A stretch of 64,000 nucleotides of DNA, taken from the NCBI GenBank assembly GCA_951406725.2, contig OX597814.1:153760001-153824000 (forward strand), given 5' to 3'. This document shows positions 1-11,895 of this stretch, in pieces (position 1 is the stretch's first letter; each line of letters opens with the position of its first letter). This DNA is from Octopus vulgaris. Its lineage: Eukaryota. The translations under genes were made by a program, and so were the position numbers. The notes under the pieces are model-generated. The model was not told the DNA's origin. It did no database searches and worked only from the letters and a program-made list of their open reading frames with translations.

Positions 1-1456
1 TGGTACCAGTGCCGGTGGCACACAAGAGAAAACCATCCGAAAGTGGCCGTAGCCAGTACCGCATCGACTGGCCTCCGTGCTGTGGGCACATGACAAACAC
101 CATCCGATCATGGCCGTTCGCCAGCCTCATCTAGCACCTGTGTCGGTGGCACATAAAAACACCATCCGAAGACCCGGCAAGACTAGTCAGGCCATAACCC
201 ATGGCCCCTACCTGGGACGTAGTCAGTCCACCTATGCATTCCTTCCTTCTTGTGACACTTGTGAAGACCTGTTGAGGCAAGTGAAAATCAAAATCAAAAC
301 AAATCAAAATAGATGAACATCAATGGAATCTGTATCTTTGTGGTACCAGTGCCGGTGGCACACACTTTGTGGTACCAGTGCCGGTGGCACACAAGAGAAC
401 CATCCGAACGTGGCCGTAGCCAGTTCCGCATCGACCGGCCTCCGTGCTGTGGGCACGTAACAAACACCATCCGATCATGGCCGTTCGCCAGCCTCATCTG
501 GCACCTGTGTCGGTGGCACATAAAAACACCTTCCGAAGACCCGGCAAGACTAGTCAGTCCACCTGTGCATACCTTCCTTCCTTCCTTCTTGTGACACTTG
601 TGAAGACCGGTTGAGGCAAGTGAAAATCAATCAAATCAAATCAAAATAGACAAAATAGATGAACATCAATGGAATTTGTATCTTGTGGTACCAGTGCCTG
701 TGGCACACAAGAAATCCATCAGTGCTGTAGTCAGTGCGGTGGGCACATGACAAACACCATCCGATCGTGGCCGTTCGCCAGCCTCATCTAGCACCTGTGT
801 CGGTGGCACATAAAAACACCATCCGAAGACCCAGCAAGACTAGTCAGGCCATAACCCATGGCCCCTACCTGGGACGTAGTCAGTCCACCTGTGCATACCT
901 TCCTTCTTGTGACACTTGTGAAGACCTGTTGAGGCAAGTGAAAATCAAAACAAATCAAAATAGATGAACATCAATGGAATTTGTATCTTTGTGGTACCAG
1001 TGCCGGTGGCACGTGGCACACAAGAAAACCATCCGAACGTGGCCGTAGCCAGTACCGCATCGACTCGCCTCCGTGCTGTGGGCACATAACAAGCACCATC
1101 CGATCGTGGCCGTTTGCCAGCCTCATCTGGCACCTGTGTCGGTGGCACATAAAAACACCATCCGAGCGTGGCCGTCTGCCAGCCTCGTCTGGCACCTGTG
1201 TCGGTGGCACATAAAAAAACACCATCCGAGCGTGGCCGTTTGCCAGCCTCGTCTGGCACCTGTGTCGGTGGCACATAAAATCACCCACTACACTCTCGGA
1301 GTGGTTGGCGTTAGGAAGGGCATCCAGCTGTAGAAACACTGCCAGATCTGACTGGACTGGTGCAGCTTTCGGGCTCCCCAGACCCCAGTTGAACCGTCCA
1401 ACCCATGCTAGCATGGAAAGCGGACGTTAAATGATGATGATGATGATGATGATGAC
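1..1456 (+). mobile_element. Tandemly amplified 3' end of an RTE-clade LINE (ORF end + 3' UTR with ~62-bp repeats + (GAT)n tail), running off the left window edge
   Basis: The ORF-terminal sequence GAAGACCC(G/A)GCAAGACTAG recurs at 168, 535 and 825. It matches the end of the RTE ORF at about 24652-24670. The final unit ends GGAAAGCGGACGTTAAA(TGA)n at about 1415-1456. Confidence 0.85.
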
Positions 1457-3241
1457 ATCATCAAAGTTTCAAAGCTAAGAGATAATGCATGTTAATTCAA
1501 ACCAATGTAAATAAGCTTTACATTTGACAGAGTAATCTGAATGCTAAAGAGTTAATCAACTATGCCCACCTCCTAAATTCGTTGCCTTGTGACATTATTA
1601 AAAGTTTGTATTTTATGTAATAAGCCAACTTTTTAAACTGAATATTTAACTAGTTGACTAGTGTTAAATATCTAATTATAAATTGAAATTAAGTCTTATT
1701 CTTCTGCAGTGAATTTTTTGATTGACATAAATTTCAGTTTTTATTACATTACAGTTAATGTCACCTTGTTGAAAAATGTATATAAACTAATACAAAAAGC
1801 ATTGAGAATTCATTTGATTAATTCTTTAGTCATAAGATGAGCAGTTAACCTCCATTTGTTTCAGAACAGCTAAAGCACTTTATTCTCTCTCTCTCTCTCT
1901 CTCTCTCTCTTATGGTTTAGGTCAAGAAGGAAAAGCAGTGCTCATGATATTTTACATCTGAGATTAATTGAAAAAAGGGGGAGGTGAGGAAAATCATGGC
2001 TAATGAGTTTCAAGAGTAATAAAAGTGCATCACAAGTCCAACTTCTCACGAGACCTGGAACTTGGACTACTATGCTTGCAGTATAGTAATGTAATCTAAT
2101 GGTGATTTTTTTTATGGTGATATTAAATCAGATGACATATTAAGTCTGTTACCAAAGTCATGCTTATATCTGCTGCAACAATTACTTTATTTAGAAAAAA
2201 AGTATCACTGTATCATTATGGTCATATCTATTTATAAATGGTAAATAGGGCATTATAACAGGGAACTTTTAAAAATCTTTGAACTTATCATATGGAACGT
2301 CAACCAGTATACATACAAGATTTCACAAATAATGAATATATCAAAACTAATTAGTGCTTTCGCAAAAAAAGTTGAAAGAAAAACTATCTCCAGTTCAAAC
2401 ACCAACCAATGTACAGTTTTATATTTACATAGTTATTCATTTGTCCCTCCTTCAGCAAATACAATGAAGGTTATGATTCATTAAGGAGGTCAGAATACGA
2501 TAGAAACATGTTTGAAAAAAAAGACATGTAATTGCTAAAAAAATATTAAAATAATATGACTCATTTGCTAAGAACCTGTTTTCATCACTGTATATTTATT
2601 TTTAGTTAATTTTTTTTGAAAACAGAGATTTCAGTGGAACCAACTAAGCAATGAAAGGATTCATCATATGGCCAATACTTTATTTTACGTAAAACAAATG
2701 TCATAATGAAAAACAGGTTTTAAAATAGCATAAAACATCAAAAAAATCTTGATATTTTTACAATGACAATGTTGGGTGGGTATAAAAGGCCAGTTTTGAA
2801 CATAAAACAGGTCTGAATCCAAAAGGTTAAACTGTCTCAAAGCCTTCCTGCATTTGTGAATTCCTTTATTTTCTGTAGAATACACACACATGTGGCACTT
2901 ATAAGTTAGCTTACAAAATGTTCTTACATTCCAAAAGCTATTATTTAGCATAATAAGACGGAATCTGTCTTCAGGGATCTCTTAGCTTAATGGTTCTATT
3001 TTTAATCCACTAATACTAATTAAGTCTTTCAAACATGTTGAATATTGTTATCAACATCAAGTTCCCTTAACTAATACAGTCAATCATAGGGGTACTACTC
3101 TAGATGCTTTTTAGTTTATTAGTATGTGTGTAATAACAGTGTGCTGGGTGCTTCTTATGTGCCACCAGCGAGGGTGCATTTATGCAGCACCGGCATAAGT
3201 ACATTAATTTAGCACCAGCACAGGTGCTTTTTAAAGTGATT

Positions 3242-3330
3242 TTATTTAGCTTGAGGTGTCTTGTCAAGTACAGCAAATCGCCACATCTCTTGGTCCTTTG
3301 TCATTTCCTCAGTGAGGCCCAGCATCCAAA
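3242..3330 (-). mobile_element. Decayed RTE LINE ORF C-terminus
   Basis: Translates MLGLTEEMTKDQEMWRFAVLDKT, homologous to TLGLTMEMTRDRDLWKYAVREKT of the 24437-24670 ORF. Confidence 0.7.
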
Positions 3331-3390
3331 TATAAATATGCATACATACACACATACACACACACATACATACATACATACATACATACA

Positions 3391-3424
<34 letters not shown>

Positions 3425-3435
3425 CATATATATAT

Positions 3436-3615
3436 ATCATCATCATCATCATCATCATCATCGTTTAGCATCCGTTTTCCATGCTAGCATGGGTTGGACG
3501 GTTCTACTGGGGTCTGTGAAGCCAGAAGGCTTCATCAGGCCCAGTCAATCTGGCAGTGTTTCTACGGCTGGATGCCCTTCCTAACGCCAACCACTCCGTG
3601 AGTGTAGTGGGTGCT
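3436..3615 (-). mobile_element. (GAT)n-tailed retroposon 3' end (family C, shared with the RTE 3' UTR)
   Basis: Reverse complement of GGAGTGGTTGGCGTTAGGAAGGGCATCCAGC...CCAACCCATGCTAGCATGGAAAACGG, with a (CAT)n tail. Confidence 0.85.
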
Positions 3616-3621
3616 TTTTTC

Positions 3622-3780
3622 GCGGAGTGGTTGGCGTTAGGAAGGGCATCCAGCCGTAGAAACTCTGCCAGATCAGACTAGAGCCTGGAGCAGCCCCTGG
3701 CTTCCCAGACCCCGGTCGAACCGTCCAACCCGTGCTAGCGCGGAAAACGGACGTTAAACGATGATGATGATGATGATGAT
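3622..3780 (+). mobile_element. (GAT)n-tailed retroposon 3' end (family C), head-to-head with the previous copy
   Basis: GGAGTGGTTGGCGTTAGGAAGGGCATCCAGCCGTAGAAAC...GGACGTTAAAC(GAT)n. Confidence 0.85.
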
Positions 3781-4656
3781 ATATGTATGTATAAAGTGAG
3801 GAGAAAGGAACAGTTATACAAACACATGTATATGTATGCACACACTCATATACATACACACACACACACAGACACACACACTCAGACATCTATAAAATAC
3901 ACTATGCAGGATGCCTATTAATGAGGGGCTGTGAACATCCAAGAGGCTCAGGTAAAAAATCCCTGTTTTAATAAACAATCCACTGAAATACTCTAGTCTT
4001 CCACTCTATCAATACCCTAGGTATTTCCTATCTTTTAACAATACACTGACAGATCAAAACAAATAAAGTGAAATCACTTTCAAGCAATTTATGTCAGCTT
4101 TCAATGTTTAGTTATTAGTCTAAGTGCTGTAAAGACATTGTAAAATATCATTGTCTGGAGATATTAATTTGAAATTTGTTATTGTTGGCTACAAGTGCAA
4201 TGCCTTTATTAAAACTATTAGTGACCCCTGCCAACAGAATAATCTTATCACAATTTTTTTTCGGGTATTTTATTTTTATCAAAAGAGAGACCTTTAAGTT
4301 GAAGATGGTGTTAATGATAATTGTAAATACAAGATGAAGACGATGATGGTTGTAGTTTTCTAAAAGTTCCTGTACCTTAATTAAGAGCTTGAGACAAAAT
4401 CAGACATAAATAAATATAAAATTTAGTAATGATAAATAACTACCAAGATTTAAAAGGAAAAAATAGATAAAAGTGGTTAGTTATATAATTTTCAGTGAAG
4501 TCTCTTGACAGTAATGTTATAACGTAAAGATATCAACAAAGTACATCATAGTTTAGATTGCAAAGTACTGTGACATTAATATCATAATATATAATACAGG
4601 AACAAATACATCATAACAATAAATATTCAGTTGACATAATCACTGCTGTAGCCCCC

Positions 4657-4843
4657 ATCTCCTGCTCCTCCTCCTCCTCCTGCTCCTCCCCCTCCTCCTT
4701 CTGCCTTCCTCCTCCACCTGTCCCTCCTCCTCCTGTCCCCACTCCTCCTGTCCCTCCTCATCCTGTCCCTCCTCATCCTCCTTCCGTCCTCATCCTCCTG
4801 TCCCTCCTCCTGCCCCCTCCGCCTCCTCCTCTGCCTCCTCCTC
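4657..4843. repeat. Degenerate (CCT)n polypyrimidine tract
   Basis: CTCCTCCTCC/TGTCCCTCCTC units. It generates the spurious R/G-rich ORF 4627-4878. Confidence 0.9.
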
Positions 4844-4990
4844 ACAATAACAACAACAACGATTTCAAGTTTTGGCATAAAACCAATAATTTCATTGGAG
4901 GCGGTTTAGTCAATTACGTCAATCCTCCAAATCAAGTTTTACTTATTTTGATGACAATGATGTTATATATATATATATATATATATATAT

Positions 4991-5184
4991 AGGCACAAAG
5001 CCTGAAATTTTGAGGGAGGGGGATAGTTGATTACATCGACCCCAGTGCTCAACTGGTACTTATTTTATTGACCCTGAAAGGATGAAAGGCAAAGTTGGTG
5101 GAATTTGAACTCAGAATATAATGATGAACAAAATGCTGCTAAGCATTTTGCCTGGCGTGCTAATGATTCTGTTAGCTCACCGCC

Positions 5185-5185
<1 letters not shown>
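4991..5185 (-). mobile_element. tRNA-derived SINE, family B (Deu/Nin-like central domain)
   Basis: Matches the reverse complement of GCCTTTCATCCTTTCGGGGTCGATAAA..AGTACCAGT. B-box-like GAGTTCAAATTCC is present. Confidence 0.75.

Positions 5186-5280
<95 letters not shown>
5186..5280. repeat. Compound (AAT)n(CAT)n microsatellite
   Basis: Direct reading. The (CAT)n part is the tail of the adjacent family C copy. Confidence 0.95.
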
Positions 5281-5466
5281 GTTTAATGTTCCCTTTCCAT
5301 GTTGGCATGGGTTGGACGATTTGACTGAGGACTGGCAAACCAGATGGCTGCACCAGGCTCCAATCTGATCTGGCACAGTTTCTACAGCTGGATGCCCTTC
5401 CTAATGCCAACCACTCTGAGAGTGTAGTAGGTACTTTTACGTGCCGCTGGCATGAGGGCCAGTCAA
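5237..5466 (-). mobile_element. Family C (GAT)n-tailed retroposon 3' end
   Basis: CAGCTGGATGCCCTTCCTAATGCCAACCACTC motif and (CAT)n tail. Confidence 0.8.
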
Positions 5467-5470
5467 AGGT

Positions 5471-5508
<38 letters not shown>

Positions 5509-5528
5509 GTAATAATAATAATAATAAT

Positions 5529-5670
5529 GATTTCAAATTTTGCCATAAGGGCAGTAAATTTGGGGGAGGAGATGAGTCAATTACATCAACCCCAGTGTTC
5601 AACTGGTACTTATTTTATCAACCTTCAATAGATGAAAGGCAACTTCAGCAGAATTTGAAATCAGAATGTT
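5529..5670 (-). mobile_element. Family B SINE fragment
   Basis: CCCAGTGTTCAACTGGTACTTATTTTATC..GATGAAAGGCAA..GAATTTGAA. Confidence 0.65.
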
Positions 5671-7420
5671 CGTCCTTGTGTGTCCCCTCTATGTTTATCC
5701 CCTTGTGGGTAATAAAGAAATAAGAATCATTATCATCGTCACCATCATTTAATGTCTGCTTTCCATGCTGGCATAGGTTGGATGGTTTGACAGGAGCTGG
5801 TCATCTGGAGAGCTGCACCAGGCTCCAATTATTTGTTCTGGCATAGTTTCTACAGCTTGATACCCTTCCCAACTCCAACCACTTTACAAAGTGTACTGGG
5901 TGCTTTTTTACGTGGCATTTTACTGGGTGCCTTTTACATACCAGTGCTATTATGTGACACCAGCAAGGTTACTTTATACATGGCACTGGCTCAGGTATAT
6001 TTTTATGTGGCACCGGCATGGATGCATTTTACATGTCACTGGCATGGATGCTTTGTATGTGATACCAGCACTGGTGCTTTTTACATGGCACAAATAAGCT
6101 CTCTTGAATATTACTGCAGTAGTCTCCAAAGAACATTATCTGTTTCCTCATTCAGTTCATACAGACATAAAAAAAACACCTAAACACAAAAAATTACAGC
6201 AGCATTATTTATCTCATTAGCTTCAAATATACTATAGTTGGATGTGCAGAACAAATGATAAATGCAGAGAAGCAACAACTGTCACATGCCAACAGAGTTT
6301 TGTCTTGCTTGCTTCTGTTGTTGCTAACTATCAGAATCTACTGACACACAGAAACAGACTGGACAGAGGAGACAATTCAACATTCTCCAAATGCTAAACC
6401 ACACCACATACGTAATTAACCATTACATGTCAGAATGTGAAATGTCATTGGCAACTAGACAGAAATAAACCTGGAGCTGCAGATCTGTGAATCATATCTA
6501 GTTAGTTGGTTGACTTTCTGCATGACATATGTCTACTTGCTTAGAACTGATCTGGGATTACGCAATAACAATAACAACAACAACAAATCAAAGTGAAAAC
6601 CTCTATACAGTCATTTGACCTGCTAGAAACAGTGGTCAAATCCCAAACTACTATATTAAAAAAGGAAATATCCATTAGAAAATGTAGTCAAATGTCAGGT
6701 TTTTTTTCTTATTCTTCTTGGAAACCATCCACTCCATTGTGGAAACTTTTCCTATTTGCTGATATGGCACCAATGACTATCTTCACTCATGTTTTACAGT
6801 TATACTTCGATACACTCTGCCTGAAAAAATAAAATCTGAAAAACTGGCCTGAAATTAAACAGTAGCGACAACAACCACTACCACTGTCACCACCACATCC
6901 TTATTGTTATCATCATCATCATCATCATCATCATCATCGTCCCCATAGCAGCTGTGTAATGCAAAAGAGTTGTATAAATCCATTTATTTTTCCATATAAA
7001 TTTAGATAACTCATTTGATTTTTCCAAATATATCCATTAACTAAAATCTTCCCAAGAAAAAGTCAACAAATAAATATGTACTAAATACATAAATATCAAA
7101 CTTCAAGAAAAATTAGGTAAATGAAATTGATTATTTTTACAATTTTCTTGGACACATATTTGAACTGCTTAACCCCCAATAATTTCTGCTCAGTTGTTAC
7201 TGAAAACTAAAAAATAACAAGAAAGTATACAGCAAAAAACTAAAAAAGAAGAAAAAAAAAAGAAAAAAGAAAATGAAAAAACCCTAAAGATGCAATTTTA
7301 GTTTTCTATCATTATCATCATCATTTGATGTCCATTTTCTACAGGTTAAACAGTTCAATAGTATATACACATTAATTTATAGTCTATTTATTTATGTGCT
7401 TATTTATGCCATCAAACATC

Positions 7421-7948
7421 CATCATCATCATTATCATCATCATCATCATCATTGTTTAACGTCTGCCTTCCGTACTAGCATGGGTGGGATGGTTTGACA
7501 GGAGCCAGCCAGGCAGAGGCCTGTACAAGACTTCTGTAGCTGTTTTGGTAGGATTTTTACAGCTGGATGCCCTTCAGCAGAGTGAATTTAGTGTTTTTTA
7601 TGTGGCACAAACACAGGTGAGTTGGGTAGTGCTTTTTACATGGCACAAGCATTGGTGAGGTGAGTAGTGCTTTTTGTGTGGTACAAGTACAGGCAATGTC
7701 AGTTTTAGCAAGGTTTTTACAGCTGGATGCCCTTCCAAATACCAACCACTTTACAGTGTGGACTAGGTGCTTTTAAGTGGCACTTGCACTGACAGGGTCA
7801 CAAAGCACTTGCAAGTGCAAAACCACCCCCAAAAAATCTCTTTTGAGAGGGGAGAGTGCATTGGAGGAGGTGTCGGCTGATGAAAGGTATAGTGAGGCAG
7901 AGACAGAAATAGGTGTCTTGCTGTAGAGGAGGTACAAGTCTACCCAGC

Positions 7949-7990
<42 letters not shown>

Positions 7991-8620
7991 AGGAATGAAG
8001 ACAGAAACAGGTGTGCTGCCACAAAAGAAATATGTGGTTACCTAACCTGAGGGAAGTGCAGGAGAAGGAGAGAGAGAGAGTGGGAGACTGCAGGATGGAG
8101 ATGGTGGCAAAGTGCTGGGCATACTCACAAGAGACGGGGATCAGAATATAAATGGGATGGTTGAGTAAAAGCAGAGAGATATAGATGGTGGCAAGTGCCA
8201 GGGCATACCCTTGAGATTCGAACTCCATAATATAAATGGCAGGATATTGCGAAAGAAGTGTGATTAAAGAGTGTGGAGGGGGGAGAGAGTGGCAAAAACT
8301 TGGGTATATATAGAGTTGGGCACTACTGGATAGCAATGATACAGTGGTACAGGGCTAGGAGGACAGGATTGGGGAGTGAGAAGCAAGCATAGTGTATGAA
8401 GGAAGAAATGTGAGGAAGAGAAGAGATGTAGAGATGTAGTTTGGTTTGTTGTGGTAGAGTGTGTGAGAAATTTTCTTGTTGAATGTGGGTGGGACACAGC
8501 GCTTTTAAAACCTAGTTTTGCTGACATGGGTGGGTCTTCTCAAGAACTTCATATTGCCAGACATCTCAGTCCATTGTCATTTTCTCTGTAAGGCCTAACA
8601 TCCAGAGATCAGTCCTTACC
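7421..8620 (-). mobile_element. Older RTE-related element: ORF end + long 3' UTR + family C tail
   Basis: (CAT)n tail and family C motif at 7421-7770. 8520-8620 resembles the RTE ORF end at 3260-3330. The middle part shares motifs (AGGTGTCTTGCTGTAGAG) with 27020-27200. Confidence 0.5.
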
Positions 8621-9404
8621 TTTTATAAACTTGAATAATCATAAACAAATTTGTAGTATATAAGAGTTTGTGCTGAGTTTATATTAGTTAATTAGTTGTG
8701 TATATTATATTTGTGATGTTCATATTTTATTGAAAAAATAAAAGCTTTTATAATATGATTATTAGGATCTATCAATAAGTTAAATAAACTGATTTGTTAT
8801 AGAACAATTTAGATAATTTAGGCAATAAATGTGGTTGCCCAGGCATCCAAGTCTCCCACCCCTATGATACAAGTGTTTATCTAAGGGCCACCAACCAAAG
8901 TCAATACTGATGAAACAGGGATGTCACAGGCATTGTTGTCAAAACACAATGAACCAGCGTGGATACCACCAGGAATCTTGTCTGGCCCTCTAACTATCAA
9001 AAAGATGTAAGACAAAGTTTACCTTGGTGGGATTTGAACTCAGAGTGCAGAGAGGAAGAATAAATACTACAAGGCATTCAATGTTACATACTAACTCAGC
9101 GGTTCCCAAACCATGCACTGCAGTGCTCTTATGCACCACAAGATATAATTAGGTGTGCCTCGAAAATGTAAGATTATATTTCAAAATATGAAAAATCCCA
9201 ACTGAAACTGGATTTTTTATGTTTGGCTGCCAGCATCAATTTTCTATTCAGTGTAATGATACACTTTTATAGGCTAATTAATGATGTGAAAGTAATTTTA
9301 CATTAAACACATTTGCATTAAACAATCGGGGTTGTGATGTGTGCTAAAAATAATGATAAATGTTCACATTATTACCAGGAAATGAAATTGAAAAAAAAAA
9401 AGTG

Positions 9405-10575
9405 TAATGGGTGTAAAGGTGCAGAAACCGAATATGAAAACAAAAATGTGTGGAAAGCAACAGAGAAGACTTTGGAAAATTCACAAGATCCAAGTTTTTC
9501 CTTCATAACTTTTAGGAAAATAGTTTTTTTAAAGAAATTTTATATAAATACATTATAATGAAAATTGTGGGTAAAATATTTTCTGTAGGGGTGGGGAGAG
9601 GACTTTGGAAAATTCACAAGATCTAATTTTCTTCCTTGTAACTTTAAGGAAAATGGATATCTTTTAATGAAATTGTATATATAAACCTTTCAAACGGCAT
9701 GCATTGCAGATGCCTAATGTGCCACAATCCCCTTATTTTTGTTTGGAAAAAAAGGGATTGGGAAGAAACTGGAATTATTGGAAAATGTTTTTCTTTTTTT
9801 TAATGAATGAATTATGGTGACCTAATATGCCACAATCTGCAATTTGGGATTAATATATCCAGTGATTTTTAAGAGGTATGTAAAAAATATTTTGTTTTGA
9901 TATAATTTTACTTGTTTCACACACATAAACACTAACGTGGTTTTATAAGGATTTTGTATCATTCTTTCTCTCTCCTGTTCAGTCTTCATTACCACTAATT
10001 TTTATAACTTCAACATTTTCACTTATTATTCTTTTCAAACTTATTTGAATTTTCAATCTAATGTAATCCACACTCTAGAAAACATATTTCTGCAAAATGT
10101 TATCTTAAAATATGGGTAAAGAAAAGGGGCTAATGCAGTTTCACATCTCACCTTCAAAAACGCATTTATTGGGGTTCCCCACCTTTTCCGAACAAAAATA
10201 AGGGGTTTGCAGCACACTAGGCATCTGTAATGCATGCTGCTTGAAAGGTATTTATATACAACTTCATTAAAAGATATCCATTTTCTTTAAAGTTACGAGG
10301 AAAAAATTGGATCTTGTGAATTTCCCAAAGGCCTCTCCCAACTCCTTCGGAAAAGATTTTACCCACAAATTTCATTATAATCGTAATGTATGCCATTTGA
10401 AAGGTATTTATATAAAATTTCATTTAAAAAAAACCCATTTTCCTAAAAGTTATGAGGGAAAAACTCGGATCTTGTGAGTTTTTCCCAAGTCCTCTCATCT
10501 CATCCCCACACCCCCATTGCTTTCCATGCATTTTTGTTTTCATATTTGTTTCCTACATCTTTTTTTACACCTGTT
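9405..10575. mobile_element. Long inverted-repeat (foldback-like) insertion inside the hAT
   Basis: About 9405-9757 is the reverse complement of about 10178-10575, e.g. AATATGAAAACAAAAATG vs CATTTTTGTTTTCATATT and GGAAAATGGATATCTTTTAATGAA vs TTCATTAAAAGATATCCATTTTC. Each arm has an internal direct repeat. Confidence 0.7.
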
Positions 10576-10577
10576 GA

Positions 10578-10822
10578 GAAAGACTTCCTCCCATCCCCAC
10601 CCCATTTGAGATTTTTTTTTGCCAAAAAATCGGCATTTCGAAATTTCACCCCCTTTCCTCCCCAATTTTTTCATTTTTGACTTTTTCCCTAACCCTAACC
10701 CTAACCCTAAAACCACAACCTTAACAACTGTAACTATAAAATTTTTGGAAATTTTTTTTCAGAATTATAATCTCCATATTTTTCTGCATATTTTGAAAAT
10801 AAAAAAATTTCTGAAAAAAGTA
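10578..10822 (-). mobile_element. Partial copy of a TTAGGG-containing non-autonomous element
   Basis: Reverse-complement match to 11560-11820. (CCCTAA)4 at 10687-10710. Confidence 0.6.
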
Positions 10823-10877
10823 CCCGGCTGTGCACTGCGAGGGGAGGGTGAGGTGTAATTATTTTTTAAAGTTGAAA

Positions 10878-11138
10878 TTTTATAAAAATTTTTTGGAAAT
10901 TTTTTTCAGAATCATAATTTCCATATTTTTCCACATATTTTGAAAAAGAAAATTTTTGAAAAAAGTAATAAATGAAGAAATTAGGGATGGGTGAGGTGGA
11001 GGTAATTTCAAAATGCTGATTTTTGCCAATTTTTTTTTTTTGCAGATTCGTATTCTCTGTTGCCGAAAACGGGGGTTTGTGTAAAAAAAGAAAAAGAAAA
11101 AAAGGGAGGTTTTAGTGGGGTACAACAGGAAGTCTTGC
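10878..11138 (-). mobile_element. Partial copy of the same element, inverted relative to 11373-11891
   Basis: TTTGCAGATTCGTATTCTCTGTTGCCGAAAACGGGGGTTTGTGTA is the reverse complement of 11440-11484. Terminal GGAAGTCTTGC. Confidence 0.75.
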
Positions 11139-11139
11139 C

Positions 11140-11314
11140 AAGGTTGATCCTCGTTGCCAGTCCAATGAAACCCAATCTTTAAATAGCTATTGCAATATTT
11201 ACGACTGGGTTGAGCTTTCGCATTATTATCATTACATTTAGTTGCTTTCAATGAACATTCACTTTCAGATTCATAATTGTCACAGTTATGTTTCCTCTTA
11301 ATAAATTTTTCCAT
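11140..11314 (-). pseudogene. N-terminus of the hAT/Buster transposase (inverted segment)
   Basis: MEKFIKRK...SRKYCNSYLKIGFHWTGNEDQP matches the RKY-x3-YL-x2-GF motif that precedes the BED-type zinc finger in Buster/ZBED5-like transposases. Confidence 0.8.
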
Positions 11315-11372
11315 TTAATGGGTAATTTAGTCTGTTAATATGAATTGCCTTGCACAAAGAGCACAGATTACT

Positions 11373-11891
11373 GCAAGACTTCCTTTTGTACCCCCGCCCC
11401 CACCAACAAAGCACCCTTTTTTTAATTTAATTTTTTTTCTACACAAACCCCCGTTTTCGGCAACAGAGAATACGAATCTGCAAAAAAAATTGGCAAAAAT
11501 CAGCATTTTGCAATTACCTCCCCTCCACACACACACACACACCTAAATTCTTCATTTTAAACTTTTTTCAGAAATATTTTTTTTGAAAATATGCAGAAAA
11601 ATATGGAGATTATAATTCTGAAAAAATTTCCTAACATTTTTGTTGTTACAGTTAGGGTTTTAGGGTTACAGTTACGGTTTTAGGGTTCAGGTTAGGGTTT
11701 TAGGGTTAGGGTTAGGGTTTTAGGGTTAGGGTTAGGGTTAGGATTTTAGGATGAGGGTTAGGGTTTTAGGGTTAGGGTTACGGTATTTCAGAATGCTGCT
11801 TTTTGGCAATTTTCCAGAATTTCCGTATCCAAAATTGGGGGTTTGGGCAAAAAAGAAAGAAAAAAACTTTTGGAGAAAATGGAAGCGAGTC
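11373..11891 (+). mobile_element. Non-autonomous element with internal telomere-like repeats
   Basis: Begins GCAAGACTTCC and ends GGAAGCGAGTC (imperfect inverted ends). Homologous partial copies at 10578-10822 and 10878-11138. Confidence 0.6.
11652..11782 (+). repeat. Interstitial telomere-like array (TTAGGG with TTTTAGGG/TTACAG variants)
   Basis: Direct reading: GGTTAGGGTTAGGGTTTTAGGG... Confidence 0.92.
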
Positions 11892-11895
11892 CAGT

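Noticed and set aside
77-1414. Overlapping 75-147-aa ORFs (also 24781-25365 and 43364-43810) as genes
   Set aside because: They are translations of the GC-richer tandem repeat in several frames and both strands, with no protein-like signature.
4627-4878. Arg/Gly-rich protamine-like ORF
   Set aside because: Product of a (CCT)n low-complexity tract.
8900-8930. CTGATGA motif (also about 7877 and 32883)
   Set aside because: No helix II/GAAA/UH arrangement or helix I pairing.
11652-11782. True telomere or chromosome-fusion site
   Set aside because: Short, degenerate and embedded in a repeated element inside a transposon.
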